A DNA stretch of 64,000 nucleotides, taken from the NCBI GenBank assembly GCA_965217775.1, contig CBDCJH010000002.1, positions 6,016,001-6,080,000 of the forward strand, written 5' to 3'. The notes below the pieces were generated by a model, which was given only the letters and a program-made list of their open reading frames with translations, searched no databases and was not told the DNA's origin. The translations under genes were made by a program, and so were the position numbers. This DNA is from Acidobacteriota bacterium. Lineage in GTDB: Bacteria; Acidobacteriota; UBA6911; RPQK01; JAJDTT01. Positions 38,954 to 48,126 of this stretch are shown piece by piece (the first letter of the stretch is position 1; each line of letters begins with the position of its first letter).

Positions 38954-40810
38954 ATGACAGCCCGTGGCAAAAGTCGTCACGGCATTCGACCGTCCCTGCA
39001 TCCCGGCGGACTGCGTTGCGATTCGGGCACATACTCCCGGTATGCACCCGAATCGCGCCTTGTCCGGCGGGCGCAGGAACGGTCTCGGTGCTCGCGGGAC
39101 TTTCACCACGGACTGATGACGCCTGAGTCACAGAACGTCGAGTGGAAGTCGTCCTGGCGGGACGAGTTCCTGAAGTGGATCTGCGGTTTCGCCAACGCCC
39201 AGGGCGGTGTCCTCGAGATCGGCCGGAACGACTGCGGCGAGGTCGTCGGGGTCAGCGACGTTCTGCGCCTGCTTGAGGAGATTCCCAACAAGGCGCAGTC
39301 TCTCCTCGGCATCGTTGTCGATATCGACCTGAAATCGGAGCATGGACGCGAGTACCTGCAGATCGGCGTCAAGCCCCATCCCAATCCGATCAGCTATCGG
39401 GGCAAGTTCCACTATCGGTCCGGGAGCACGAGCCAGGTCCTTCGGGGCGCCTCGCTCACGCGCTTCCTGCTGGAACGGCAGGGGCGGACATGGGACGATG
39501 GGGCGATCCCGGGGGTCCGCATGCGCGACTTGGACGGACACGCGCTGGATGACTTCCGGGAACGCGCTTCCGTCAGCGGCCGCCTGAACCAGAACATTCT
39601 CCGCGCATCGGACTCCGAGGTCATCGAGAGCTTGCGCCTTCGCGAGGGCCGGCACCTGAAGCGCGCTGCCGTCCTGCTCTTCCACCCGGAACCGGGCGCC
39701 TTCTTTCGGGAAGCCTATCTCAACAGCCCGTGGCAAAAGTCGTCGCGGCATTCGACCGTCCCTGCATCCCGGCGGACTGCGTTGCGATTCGGTCACATAC
39801 TCCCGGTATGCTCCCGAATCGCGCCTTGTCCGGCGGGCGCAGGAACGGTCTCGGTGCTCGCGAGACTTTCACCACGGACTGTCAAGATCGGGTATTTTCG
39901 CGGCGCCGACATCATGTATCAGGATACGGTGGAGGGCGATCTCTTCTCCCAGGTGGAGCGCGCCATGGACCTCCTCTACTCCAAGTACTCGCGCGCGCTG
40001 ATTTCGTACGACGACGTTTACCGGGTCGAGACTCACCCCGTGCCCTACGAGGCCATGCGCGAAGCGGTCACAAACGCGGTCATCCATCGCGACTACGCAG
40101 TCCCCGTACCCATTCAGATCCGTGTCCATGACGACCGCGTGGCCATCTGGAATGCGGGGCGGCTCCCGACGGGGTGGTCGCTGGAGAATCTGACCGGTGA
40201 GCACGCGTCACGGCCGTACAACCCGGCGATCGCGGACGCTTTCTTTGGCGCAGGCCTGATCGAAGCCTGGGGTCGCGGGATCCGCCGGATCAGGCAGGCA
40301 TGTGAGGACGCGGGTAACCCGGTGCCCCGTTGGCGGATCGAGCCCGGCGGTCTGTGGGTCGAATTCCCGTTTTCTGCCGCGTACCTGGCCAAAGACGCTC
40401 GGTTGCGCCGAGCGGGAAATCAGCCAGAAAACCACCAGAAAACCACCAGAAAAGACGGTCAACAGCCAGAAAAAGGCCAGAAAACCGCCGGAGAAGTCCG
40501 GGAAGAGGCGTCCGGAGACCCTGAAGACCACCAGAAACGAGTAGGATCAGCCAGAAAACCGCCAGAAACCCCGTCCCTTTACGACCGTATTCTCGCTCTT
40601 CTCCGTAGGCAGCCATCCATCAGCCGCCGCGAAATGGCCGCCACGCTCGGCACCACCACGTCCACCGTCCGGTACCGGCTGGACAAGTTGCGCGCGGCCG
40701 GGAAGATAGAGCGGGTCGGCCCCGACAAGGGCGGGTACTGGAAGGTGCAGGGCGGGTCCACCACCGATCGCGATCCTTCTCCCGAACCCGGCTCCGGGAA
40801 CGCCCGATGA
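38954..40810 (+). CDS. AlbA_2/Schlafen-domain, RecG-like ATP-binding, wHTH protein with two in-frame element insertions
   Basis: ESQNVEWK..ICGFANAQGG, REAVTNAVIHRDY, NP.IA..IEAWGRG, C-terminal HTH; alternative start at 39116. Confidence 0.85.
   Translation: MTARGKSRHGIRPSLHPGGLRCDSGTYSRYAPESRLVRRAQERSRCSRDFHHGLMTPESQNVEWKSSWRDEFLKWICGFANAQGGVLEIGRNDCGEVVGVSDVLRLLEEIPNKAQSLLGIVVDIDLKSEHGREYLQIGVKPHPNPISYRGKFHYRSGSTSQVLRGASLTRFLLERQGRTWDDGAIPGVRMRDLDGHALDDFRERASVSGRLNQNILRASDSEVIESLRLREGRHLKRAAVLLFHPEPGAFFREAYLNSPWQKSSRHSTVPASRRTALRFGHILPVCSRIAPCPAGAGTVSVLARLSPRTVKIGYFRGADIMYQDTVEGDLFSQVERAMDLLYSKYSRALISYDDVYRVETHPVPYEAMREAVTNAVIHRDYAVPVPIQIRVHDDRVAIWNAGRLPTGWSLENLTGEHASRPYNPAIADAFFGAGLIEAWGRGIRRIRQACEDAGNPVPRWRIEPGGLWVEFPFSAAYLAKDARLRRAGNQPENHQKTTRKDGQQPEKGQKTAGEVREEASGDPEDHQKRVGSARKPPETPSLYDRILALLRRQPSISRREMAATLGTTTSTVRYRLDKLRAAGKIERVGPDKGGYWKVQGGSTTDRDPSPEPGSGNAR
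38958..39115 (+). mobile_element. 158-bp palindromic miniature element (target duplication ATGA)
   Basis: Ends CAGCCCGTGGCAAAAGTC / GACTTTCACCACGGACTG; ATGA at 38954-57 and 39116-19. Confidence 0.93.
39724..39881 (+). mobile_element. 158-bp palindromic miniature element (target duplication TCAA), in frame within the CDS
   Basis: TCAA at 39720-23 and 39882-85; splits AYL|KIGYF. Confidence 0.93.
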
Positions 40811-41388
40811 CTCCCGTCGGCGAGGTCGAGGCTCGCACTCACCGCCGGGTCATTGCCCACTTCCAGCACCACCTCGGCTATCAGCCCGTGGCAAAAGTCG
40901 TCACGGCATTCGACCGTCCCTGCATCCCGGCGGACTGCGTTGCTATCGGCTCACATACTCCCGGTATGCTCCCTCCGAAGCGCCTTGTCCGGCGGGCGCA
41001 GGAACGGTCTCGGTGCTCGCGCGACTTTCACCACGGACTGCTATACTTTCCTCGGCAACTGGCACGAAGGTCAGAACAACCGAAACATCGAAGCCGACTA
41101 TCTCAGGCGATTCCTCGCGGGCCAGGGTCACGACCCCGCCATCATCCCCGGCTCGAACCTGATCGGCTTCATCGGCACGCCGCTCCTCAAATCCGACAAG
41201 CAGCGCAGCGTCGAGACCTTCGGACCATACATCCACACCTACAAGTCCGACGAAGCGGTAGGCGATGAGGTGGTGCTGGACTTGCGCTACGAGGCACGCG
41301 GCATCGACCATGACATCTCCTCCGAGGCAAAGATCGACCAATGGTTGACCTGAAGACTCGGGGATTGAGCGACCTGGCCCGCGCGCAG
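40807..41388 (+). pseudogene. hsdR remnant, paralogue of 32901-36056
   Basis: N-terminus joined at GCCATC to the PG..LIGF.GTP region; carries an element insertion and is truncated. Confidence 0.88.
40882..41040 (+). mobile_element. 159-bp variant of the palindromic miniature element (target duplication CTAT)
   Basis: CTAT at 40878-81 and 41041-44. Confidence 0.93.
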
Positions 41389-41541
41389 AGCTGGACCCTG
41401 CGGGTGAGATTGCTGAAGATCGGGGTCCAGGTCCGGGTCACGAGGCGCAAGGTCTGGCTGTCGTTTTCCGAGAGCTACCCCTATGCGGTGCTGTTGAGGA
41501 CGGCTCTGGCGCAAGTGCAAGTCCTCCCGCTTCGCTGGTAG
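41389..41541 (+). pseudogene. IS1380-family transposase C-terminal fragment
   Basis: TLRVRLLKIGVQVRVTRRKVWLSFSESYPY. Confidence 0.7.
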
Positions 41542-41569
41542 CATCATCTTAAAGAGGCGGGTTCGGCAA

Positions 41570-43456
41570 ATGGAGCGAGTCGCGATCGCGATTGTGGGCT
41601 GTGGGAATTTCGGCTCGCACATGGCCCGCCTGATCCAGGAGTTGGAGCCCTTCCGGATCGCCGGTTGCTACGATTCCGACTGGGCCGGCGCCGACTCTTT
41701 GGCGGCCGGTCTCGAGACATCCACTTACGAATCGTTCTCCGACTGTCTGAGCGATCCCAGGCTCGACGCGGTTTTCCTGGCGACGCCCAACCACCTGCAC
41801 TGCCCCCAGGCGGTGGCGGCCGCCCGGGCGGGCAAGCATATCTTCTGCGAGAAGCCCATGGCGCTCGACGTCCAGGAGTGCCACCGGATGATGAAGGCGG
41901 CGACGGCGGCCGGCGTGAAGCTGATGGTCGGCCACAAGCGCCGGCTGCGTCCTCAGTACGCCAAGATGTCCCAGGTGGTTCGAAGCGGCCGTCTCGGACG
42001 GGTGATGGCGGTCAACATCAATGGGTTCTACCATCGGGACTGGTGGAGCTGGTGGCTGCGGCGAGAACTGGGGGGAGGGCTGCTTCACGCCTCCGGCGTC
42101 CACGACGTCGATTTTCTGCGGCACATCTGTGGCGAAGCAGGGAACGTGTTCGCCAGGAGTCCCGTGAAGACGGATCATCGGAGCGATTTCGAAGACGAGA
42201 TCTCGGCATTGATCCACTTCGAATCGGGCGCGGTGGCGACGCTTCAGGTCAGCCCCTTCTCTCCGATTCGGACCTTTCGCCAGTCCTTCGGCGTACATAT
42301 CGTGCTGGAGCAGGGCGGAATCCTCTACGATCCCGGCGATTGCAGCGTCACCATTCGGAGCCGCGACGGCTGGGAGGAGCGGCACCGGTTCGACAACGAG
42401 GCCGGCTTCCGGAGCGCCTACGTCGAAGAGTTGACCAGCTTTGCCGATTGGATATTGAGAGACGAGGAACCGGTGCTCACTGGTTGGGACGGCCTGCGCT
42501 GCGTGGAGATCATGGAGGCCGCTTATCTCTCGGCTCGGACCGGGCGGCAGGTCGAGCTGCCGCTGCCGCGGCGGAACGCCCCCGCCATCATTCGGGGCCC
42601 CCTCTCCCGGAGGCGGGACCTGGAGGAGCCGACCCTCTTTGCCCGAGGTCTCTCCATGCCCGAGGGCCCGGCCTTCGACGCCGGCGGAAACCTCTTCGTG
42701 GCCAACTGCCGCGCCGACCACGTGTCCAGGATCTCCCCGGCCGGCCGGGTGTCCCGCTTCCTGACCACGGGCGGAAAGCCCCAGGGCGTGGTGGTCGATC
42801 CGGACGGGAGCCTTCTCATATCGGACCACAAGTTGCGCAAGATTCTGCGGGCCGGACCCGATGGATCGCTGGAGGATTTCTGCACCCACTACGGTGACGG
42901 ACGCCGGCTTCGGGGACCCAACGAAATCCTTCTCGGTCCCGGCGGGCAGTTCTACTTCACCGATCCGGGAACGGCGTGGCGCGGCCGTCGTACCGGAGCC
43001 GTCTCACGGGTCACGGAGCAGGGTTTCGCGGAAATTCTTGCGGACGGTCTGGAGTTCACCAACGGCTTGGATTTTCATCCCGACGGGTCGGCGATCTTCG
43101 TGGTGGAGACCACCAGCGGTAAGATCCTGCGCGCGCCGCTGGATGAGTCGGGGGCCTTGGCCGGACCTCTCGAGGAGTTCGTTCGTTTCCCGGGCCGGGT
43201 CGGTCCCGACGGGATCCGATTCGCCGCCGATGGCGATCTCTACGTCACCCTCTTCGGCCGCGGCCAGATCGCCGTGGTCTCCCCCGGCGCCGAGGTGATC
43301 GATCGAATCCGGCTTCCCGGTCTGTATCCCACCAACGCGGTCTTCCGGGACGGTAATCTATTGGTGTGCGAAGGGGCCACGGGCGCCATCTGGAGTCTGG
43401 CTCTGGGTGTTGAGGGGCTTCCGAGCTACTCGGAGAGGGTTTGGAACGGAGTGTAA
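41570..43456 (+). CDS. Gfo/Idh/MocA oxidoreductase fused to an SMP-30/gluconolactonase domain
   Basis: GCGNFG, CEKP, HDVD; then PEGP, PNE, NGL, PDG. Confidence 0.9.
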   Translation: MERVAIAIVGCGNFGSHMARLIQELEPFRIAGCYDSDWAGADSLAAGLETSTYESFSDCLSDPRLDAVFLATPNHLHCPQAVAAARAGKHIFCEKPMALDVQECHRMMKAATAAGVKLMVGHKRRLRPQYAKMSQVVRSGRLGRVMAVNINGFYHRDWWSWWLRRELGGGLLHASGVHDVDFLRHICGEAGNVFARSPVKTDHRSDFEDEISALIHFESGAVATLQVSPFSPIRTFRQSFGVHIVLEQGGILYDPGDCSVTIRSRDGWEERHRFDNEAGFRSAYVEELTSFADWILRDEEPVLTGWDGLRCVEIMEAAYLSARTGRQVELPLPRRNAPAIIRGPLSRRRDLEEPTLFARGLSMPEGPAFDAGGNLFVANCRADHVSRISPAGRVSRFLTTGGKPQGVVVDPDGSLLISDHKLRKILRAGPDGSLEDFCTHYGDGRRLRGPNEILLGPGGQFYFTDPGTAWRGRRTGAVSRVTEQGFAEILADGLEFTNGLDFHPDGSAIFVVETTSGKILRAPLDESGALAGPLEEFVRFPGRVGPDGIRFAADGDLYVTLFGRGQIAVVSPGAEVIDRIRLPGLYPTNAVFRDGNLLVCEGATGAIWSLALGVEGLPSYSERVWNGV

Positions 43457-43483
43457 CGGACCACTATCAGGAGGAGAGAAACC

Positions 43484-44500
43484 ATGCCGAAACATCGTCT
43501 CGTCTGGCTGACCATCGTCGACCAGGCCACCTCCCCGCTGGAGGCTCAACTCTCGGGGCTGGACTATGAACTGGAAGTCGTTCGCTCGCCGGACCCGAAA
43601 ACAACGGTTCAGGCGGTTCGCGACGCCGACGTGGTGGTGGCGGTCGGGGTGCCGCTTCGAACGGAGGTGCTGGGTCAGGCCGGGAGGCTTCAGGCGATTC
43701 TGAGCCAGGGACATGGCTTCGATCACATCGACATCGACGACGCCACCCGGCAGGGAATCATGGTGGTCAACACCCCCGGGTTCTGCACCGAAGAGGTCTC
43801 CAATCATGCCTTGGCCCTGCTGTTGGCCTGCACCCGCCAGATCGTCAGTCTGGACCGCCGGGTGAGGAACGGAGGATGGACGCCGAATCTCTGGGGCAGG
43901 ATTGACCCCATTCCTCCCCTCGTCGGACAGGTTCTGGGCTTGGTGAGTTTCGGCGGCATCGCCCGGCTCTTTGCCCGGAAGGCCCGGGCTCTGGGCCTGA
44001 AGGTCATCGCCTACGACCCGTACATTCCCCCCTGGATCGCGCAGGAGTACCGGATCGAGCTGGTCCCGGACCTGAACGAATTGGCACGCCGCTCCGACTT
44101 CGTGTCCACTCACGTGCCCAGCGACGCCGGCACCCGAGGCATGCTCGGCGAAGCCTTTTTCCGGGCCATGAAGCCGAGTGCGTTCTTCGTCAACACGGGC
44201 CGGGGCCGGACCGTCGACGAGGCAGCCCTGATTTCGGCGCTCCAGGAAGGAGAGATCGCCGGCGCGGGTCTGGATGTTTTCGAGGTGGAACCGCTCTCCT
44301 CGGAAAGCCCGCTCCTGGAGATGGATAACGTGGTCCTGACCCCGCATTCAGCCGGGCTTTCCGAAGCGATCTGGAATCGTGGCGCCACCATCATGGGGCA
44401 GGAAGCGGCCCGCATCTTCAGGGGGGAGTGGCCCATGTCCCTGGTCAACCCCAAGGTCCGGGACCGGTTGGCTCCCCGCCGGCCGGCCACCAACAGTTGA
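43484..44500 (+). CDS. D-2-hydroxyacid dehydrogenase (CtBP/SerA-like)
   Basis: GFDHID, NTGRG, GLDVFEVEP, TPHSA. Confidence 0.92.
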   Translation: MPKHRLVWLTIVDQATSPLEAQLSGLDYELEVVRSPDPKTTVQAVRDADVVVAVGVPLRTEVLGQAGRLQAILSQGHGFDHIDIDDATRQGIMVVNTPGFCTEEVSNHALALLLACTRQIVSLDRRVRNGGWTPNLWGRIDPIPPLVGQVLGLVSFGGIARLFARKARALGLKVIAYDPYIPPWIAQEYRIELVPDLNELARRSDFVSTHVPSDAGTRGMLGEAFFRAMKPSAFFVNTGRGRTVDEAALISALQEGEIAGAGLDVFEVEPLSSESPLLEMDNVVLTPHSAGLSEAIWNRGATIMGQEAARIFRGEWPMSLVNPKVRDRLAPRRPATNS

Positions 44501-44586
44501 TTTGAAGGGACCGGACCCCCGTCAGCGCCGGCGTGGGGCCAGCACGAATTCGTCCAGGTCGATCTTGCCTTGGGGCGATCCTCGAT

Positions 44587-44940
44587 CTACACGTACTCCA
44601 CCGGCTGGGGGTGGATCTCGTCGGCCGGTCTGCGGCCTGCGTCGCGCCGCCCGCTTCCTTCCAGTCGACTGATGATCCGCACCGTCATCTCGTGGTCGCA
44701 ACGGATCTGACAGCTCAAGCGGACCCCGGTCACGCGGCGCCGCTCCAGAACCTCCTTTTCCGCGGCCGTCATCCGCCCGGGCTCGCCTTCGACGAACTCC
44801 ACCCGGCAGGTGGTGCAGCGGGCGTTCCCCCCGCAGGCGTGCAGTTGATCGATGCCGGCCTCGTCGGTGAGAGCCAGAACCAGCCGCTTTCCGGGACCTA
44901 CGTCGAAATCTCCTACACCTTCCACAGTCAGCTTGGGCAT
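44587..44940 (-). CDS. 2Fe-2S ferredoxin
   Basis: CGGNARCTTC...RLSCQ. Confidence 0.93.
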   Translation of the reverse strand: MPKLTVEGVGDFDVGPGKRLVLALTDEAGIDQLHACGGNARCTTCRVEFVEGEPGRMTAAEKEVLERRRVTGVRLSCQIRCDHEMTVRIISRLEGSGRRDAGRRPADEIHPQPVEYV

Positions 44941-44942
44941 GC

Positions 44943-45734
44943 CTACTCCTCTTTTCTCGTTTCCGACCGTCGATCGAAGTCTTCCCGGTATTGCAGGTCG
45001 TCTCCCAACGGAACCGCCCGGAACTCGTGTTGGATGGTGCGGTCCAGCACCGGGTCGTTGAGGCCCACCAGGAAGCTGTCGCCGACGCCCAGCGCCGTTT
45101 CCGGGGGCAGGTCAAGCCGCTCGACCGTCTCATCCACCGAATCCAGGAAGGAACCGCAACCGCAGTACAGGACCATGGGATCGGCCAGGGTTCGAACCTG
45201 GTTCAGGTTCAGCAGGTACTCCAGGTCCACCAGCTCGGAGATCTTGCTGTCCTGCAGCGGCACCGTATGCTCTCCCACCACCACGTGGCTGAAGATGCGC
45301 AGTTCATCCCAGTGGGACCGGACCTCCTGGTAAGGCCAAGCGGTTCGCGCCAAAGGGTGAGGACACATCTGTTTGGGTTTGTCCGGAAAGAGGGGATCCA
45401 ATTCCCGATCGCACTGGTCGCTGCCGACGGAAACGAGGATCTCGTCGCCGTCTCGGATGGCCACGACCTCGGCCTCCCCACCCGTCATGGAGCCCTGGAC
45501 CTCGAAGTCGGGGCTCTGGGTCAGAAGATAGCGTCCCAAGTGGAAAACGGAGGGATTCGTGAGCGTGGCCATGGTGAATCGTCCGTCGCGCTCGAGTTGC
45601 TCGTCCATCTGCTTCCGCATCTCCTCCACGTCCCGGGAGCAGAAGCGGGCGCCGGAAACCGACCCCACCGGAAGGGAGCGCTGCTCGGTACCGGACCGCC
45701 CCTGTACCGTCATCTCGACGTAGGTGATCTGCAT
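44943..45734 (-). CDS. DUF2848-like (FAH-fold) protein
   Basis: TGGEAE, VGSDQCDRELD, KQMCPHP, HWDEL. Confidence 0.7.
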   Translation of the reverse strand: MQITYVEMTVQGRSGTEQRSLPVGSVSGARFCSRDVEEMRKQMDEQLERDGRFTMATLTNPSVFHLGRYLLTQSPDFEVQGSMTGGEAEVVAIRDGDEILVSVGSDQCDRELDPLFPDKPKQMCPHPLARTAWPYQEVRSHWDELRIFSHVVVGEHTVPLQDSKISELVDLEYLLNLNQVRTLADPMVLYCGCGSFLDSVDETVERLDLPPETALGVGDSFLVGLNDPVLDRTIQHEFRAVPLGDDLQYREDFDRRSETRKEE

Positions 45735-46086
45735 CCGCGTAGGATACTCCGATTCTCCCATCCTTGCGACAGCGTCGAGCTGGCGGAAACAGGACCTGCC
45801 CCTGCCCCTCAACCTGCTTCGGGTCCGACAGAAAATGGTGTGCTATCGGGCTTCATTACGCTGGACGCGTCCAATTTTTCGTGCTATTCCTGGAAAAAAA
45901 GTACGGTGGCGATTTGGACTTGTATCTTCGGGTGGCCGATCGTGGTCACTTGGTGATGGGAACTCCCCATGAAGGATCGCGTGGTGTGTCCGACCCTTAC
46001 CCAAACGCTTACTTCCCCAATAACCTATGGACCATGAGTTACCGCCGTGCCGTCCGAAGGCATAATGGTGCCGGAGGATCGTCACC

Positions 46087-47064
46087 TTGGCACGAAATCA
46101 ACTGTCTTATCTGTCGATCATTCCGATTCTGGTAGTCGCCGGACAGGATTTCGCTCCGGCGCAGACCTCGGCTTGCGCCGATCACTCGATTTCCGCCGGG
46201 GCCGTGCGGACACCAGAGGAGGTGGAGGCGTTCGTCAAGTGTGCCTACGAGTATGTCCAGGAAGTGGGCTTCGAAGAGGCTCGGAGGGCCTTTCACGAAG
46301 ACGAGCGGTGGAGAAAGGGCGCCTCCTATATTTTCGTCTCGGAAGATACGCCGGTGAGTGAAGAGACTCGCAGCTTCGTCTTCCCGCCTGACCCCTCGAG
46401 GGAAGGACAGACGTTCGCAAGACTGTTGAACGACGCCTTCGGCAACAACTACTATCAGGAACGAAATCGTATCCTGAGCCTCGCCGGCGAGGGCTGGATC
46501 TACTACGCGTTCACGAACCCGTCGACCGGCATGGAAGAGCCCAAGGCCTCCTACGTCAAGAGCATCGACTGGGACGGGACCCCGGCCGCCATCGGCTCCG
46601 GAATCTACCGCCGCGACCTCCCGGGGACATGCCGCCGAGAAGAGGTCAACGCCACGGTGCTCGGCATGGATCCGTCCAACCAGAGGCTGCAGGAATTCGT
46701 CCGTTGCGCGGCCATGGAAATGGAGTCGATGGGGTACTTCGCCTCCATCGGCCTGTCCTCGGATCCTCGTTGGAGACAGGACTCGGTCTACGTGTTCGGC
46801 GTGGACGGGAACGGCAACACGCTGTTCAGCGGGGACCCGTACCGCTGGGGCGGCTGGACCTTGGGCGGGCAGGATACCGAGTTGACCTCCCTGGCCGACC
46901 GGGACGACCTGAGCGTGGCCCAGGCCTTCGGTGAAACCTTCCTTTACTATATGTCCCGGAATCCCGCGACCAGGATGCAGCAGCGGAAGGTCGTTTTCGT
47001 CAAGCGGGTGGTCACCTACGGCCTGCCGATCCTGATCGGCTCCGGCTACTACGTGGATGAATGA
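46087..47064 (+). CDS. Secreted double-Cache-domain protein, paralogue 1
   Basis: Signal peptide; YIFV, GWIYYAFTNP..EPKASYVK, IGSGIY pattern occurs twice. Confidence 0.8.
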   Translation: MARNQLSYLSIIPILVVAGQDFAPAQTSACADHSISAGAVRTPEEVEAFVKCAYEYVQEVGFEEARRAFHEDERWRKGASYIFVSEDTPVSEETRSFVFPPDPSREGQTFARLLNDAFGNNYYQERNRILSLAGEGWIYYAFTNPSTGMEEPKASYVKSIDWDGTPAAIGSGIYRRDLPGTCRREEVNATVLGMDPSNQRLQEFVRCAAMEMESMGYFASIGLSSDPRWRQDSVYVFGVDGNGNTLFSGDPYRWGGWTLGGQDTELTSLADRDDLSVAQAFGETFLYYMSRNPATRMQQRKVVFVKRVVTYGLPILIGSGYYVDE

Positions 47065-47103
47065 CACATTATCGAAGGCGGATTGCAGATCTGGAGGATC
47101 CTC

Positions 47104-48084
47104 ATGTCTACAAATCACAGATTGTCCGGTTGCCTTTTCTTATTGATCCTGACGGCCGTCCCGCCGCAGGCATTCGCCAGCGGCGACGGTCCGTCGTGCG
47201 CGGAGAAATCCGTCGTCGCCAGCGCCGTCCAAACGCGCGACGACGTTCGCGCCTTCGTTCAGTGCGCCTACGAGTACGCCATGGAGATGGGACCGGAGGA
47301 AGCTCGCAGGGCGTTCAACGAGGATGAACGTTGGAAGAGCGGTCCCATCTACGTCTTCATTTCCGAATCGACGCCGATGAGCGATCAAGCCCATCACTTC
47401 GTTTTCCCGCCCGAACCCGAGCGGGAGGGAACCTCGCGCGGCCTCCTGATCGACGTCTTCGGCAACGACTACTACAAGGAGCAGCACCGCATCACGAGCG
47501 GCTTCGGGGAAGGATGGCTGCACTATTCGTTCACCAATCCGGCGACCGGCAGGGACGAGCCGAAGGCGACCTACATCAAGAGCATCGACTGGAACGGGAC
47601 CCCGGCCGGCATCGGGGCGGGGATCTACCAGCGGGACATCCCGGGCTCCTGCAATCGGGAAGAGGTCAACGCCGCAGGACTCTCTGCGGATCCCTCCAAC
47701 CGGAAGTTGCAGGAATTCGTCCGCTGCGCCGCCATGGAGCTGGAGTCGATGGGATATTTCGCCTCCATCAGCTTGTCGTCGGACCCGCGCTGGAGAAACG
47801 ACTCGGTCTACGTGTTCGGCGTGGACGGAAACGGCAACACGCTCTTCAGCGGGGACCCCTACCGCTGGGGCGGCTGGACGTTGGGTGGGGCCGACTCCGA
47901 GTTGACGTCGCTCAGCGACCGGGACGACCTCAGCGTGGCCGGCGCCTTCGGTGAGACTTTTCTCTATTACAGGTCGCGAAACCCTTCCACGGGGATGCAG
48001 CAGCGAAAGGTGGTATTCGTCAAGCGGGTGGTCACATACGGGCTGCCGATCCTGATCGGTTCCGGCTACTACCTGGACGAGTGA
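47104..48084 (+). CDS. Secreted double-Cache-domain protein, paralogue 2
   Basis: Same architecture; GGAGGA RBS before the ATG at 47104. Confidence 0.8.
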   Translation: MSTNHRLSGCLFLLILTAVPPQAFASGDGPSCAEKSVVASAVQTRDDVRAFVQCAYEYAMEMGPEEARRAFNEDERWKSGPIYVFISESTPMSDQAHHFVFPPEPEREGTSRGLLIDVFGNDYYKEQHRITSGFGEGWLHYSFTNPATGRDEPKATYIKSIDWNGTPAGIGAGIYQRDIPGSCNREEVNAAGLSADPSNRKLQEFVRCAAMELESMGYFASISLSSDPRWRNDSVYVFGVDGNGNTLFSGDPYRWGGWTLGGADSELTSLSDRDDLSVAGAFGETFLYYRSRNPSTGMQQRKVVFVKRVVTYGLPILIGSGYYLDE

Positions 48085-48126
48085 CAAGGCAGCATTTGAC
48101 CCATTGCAAGTCCGGAGGACCTCAGA

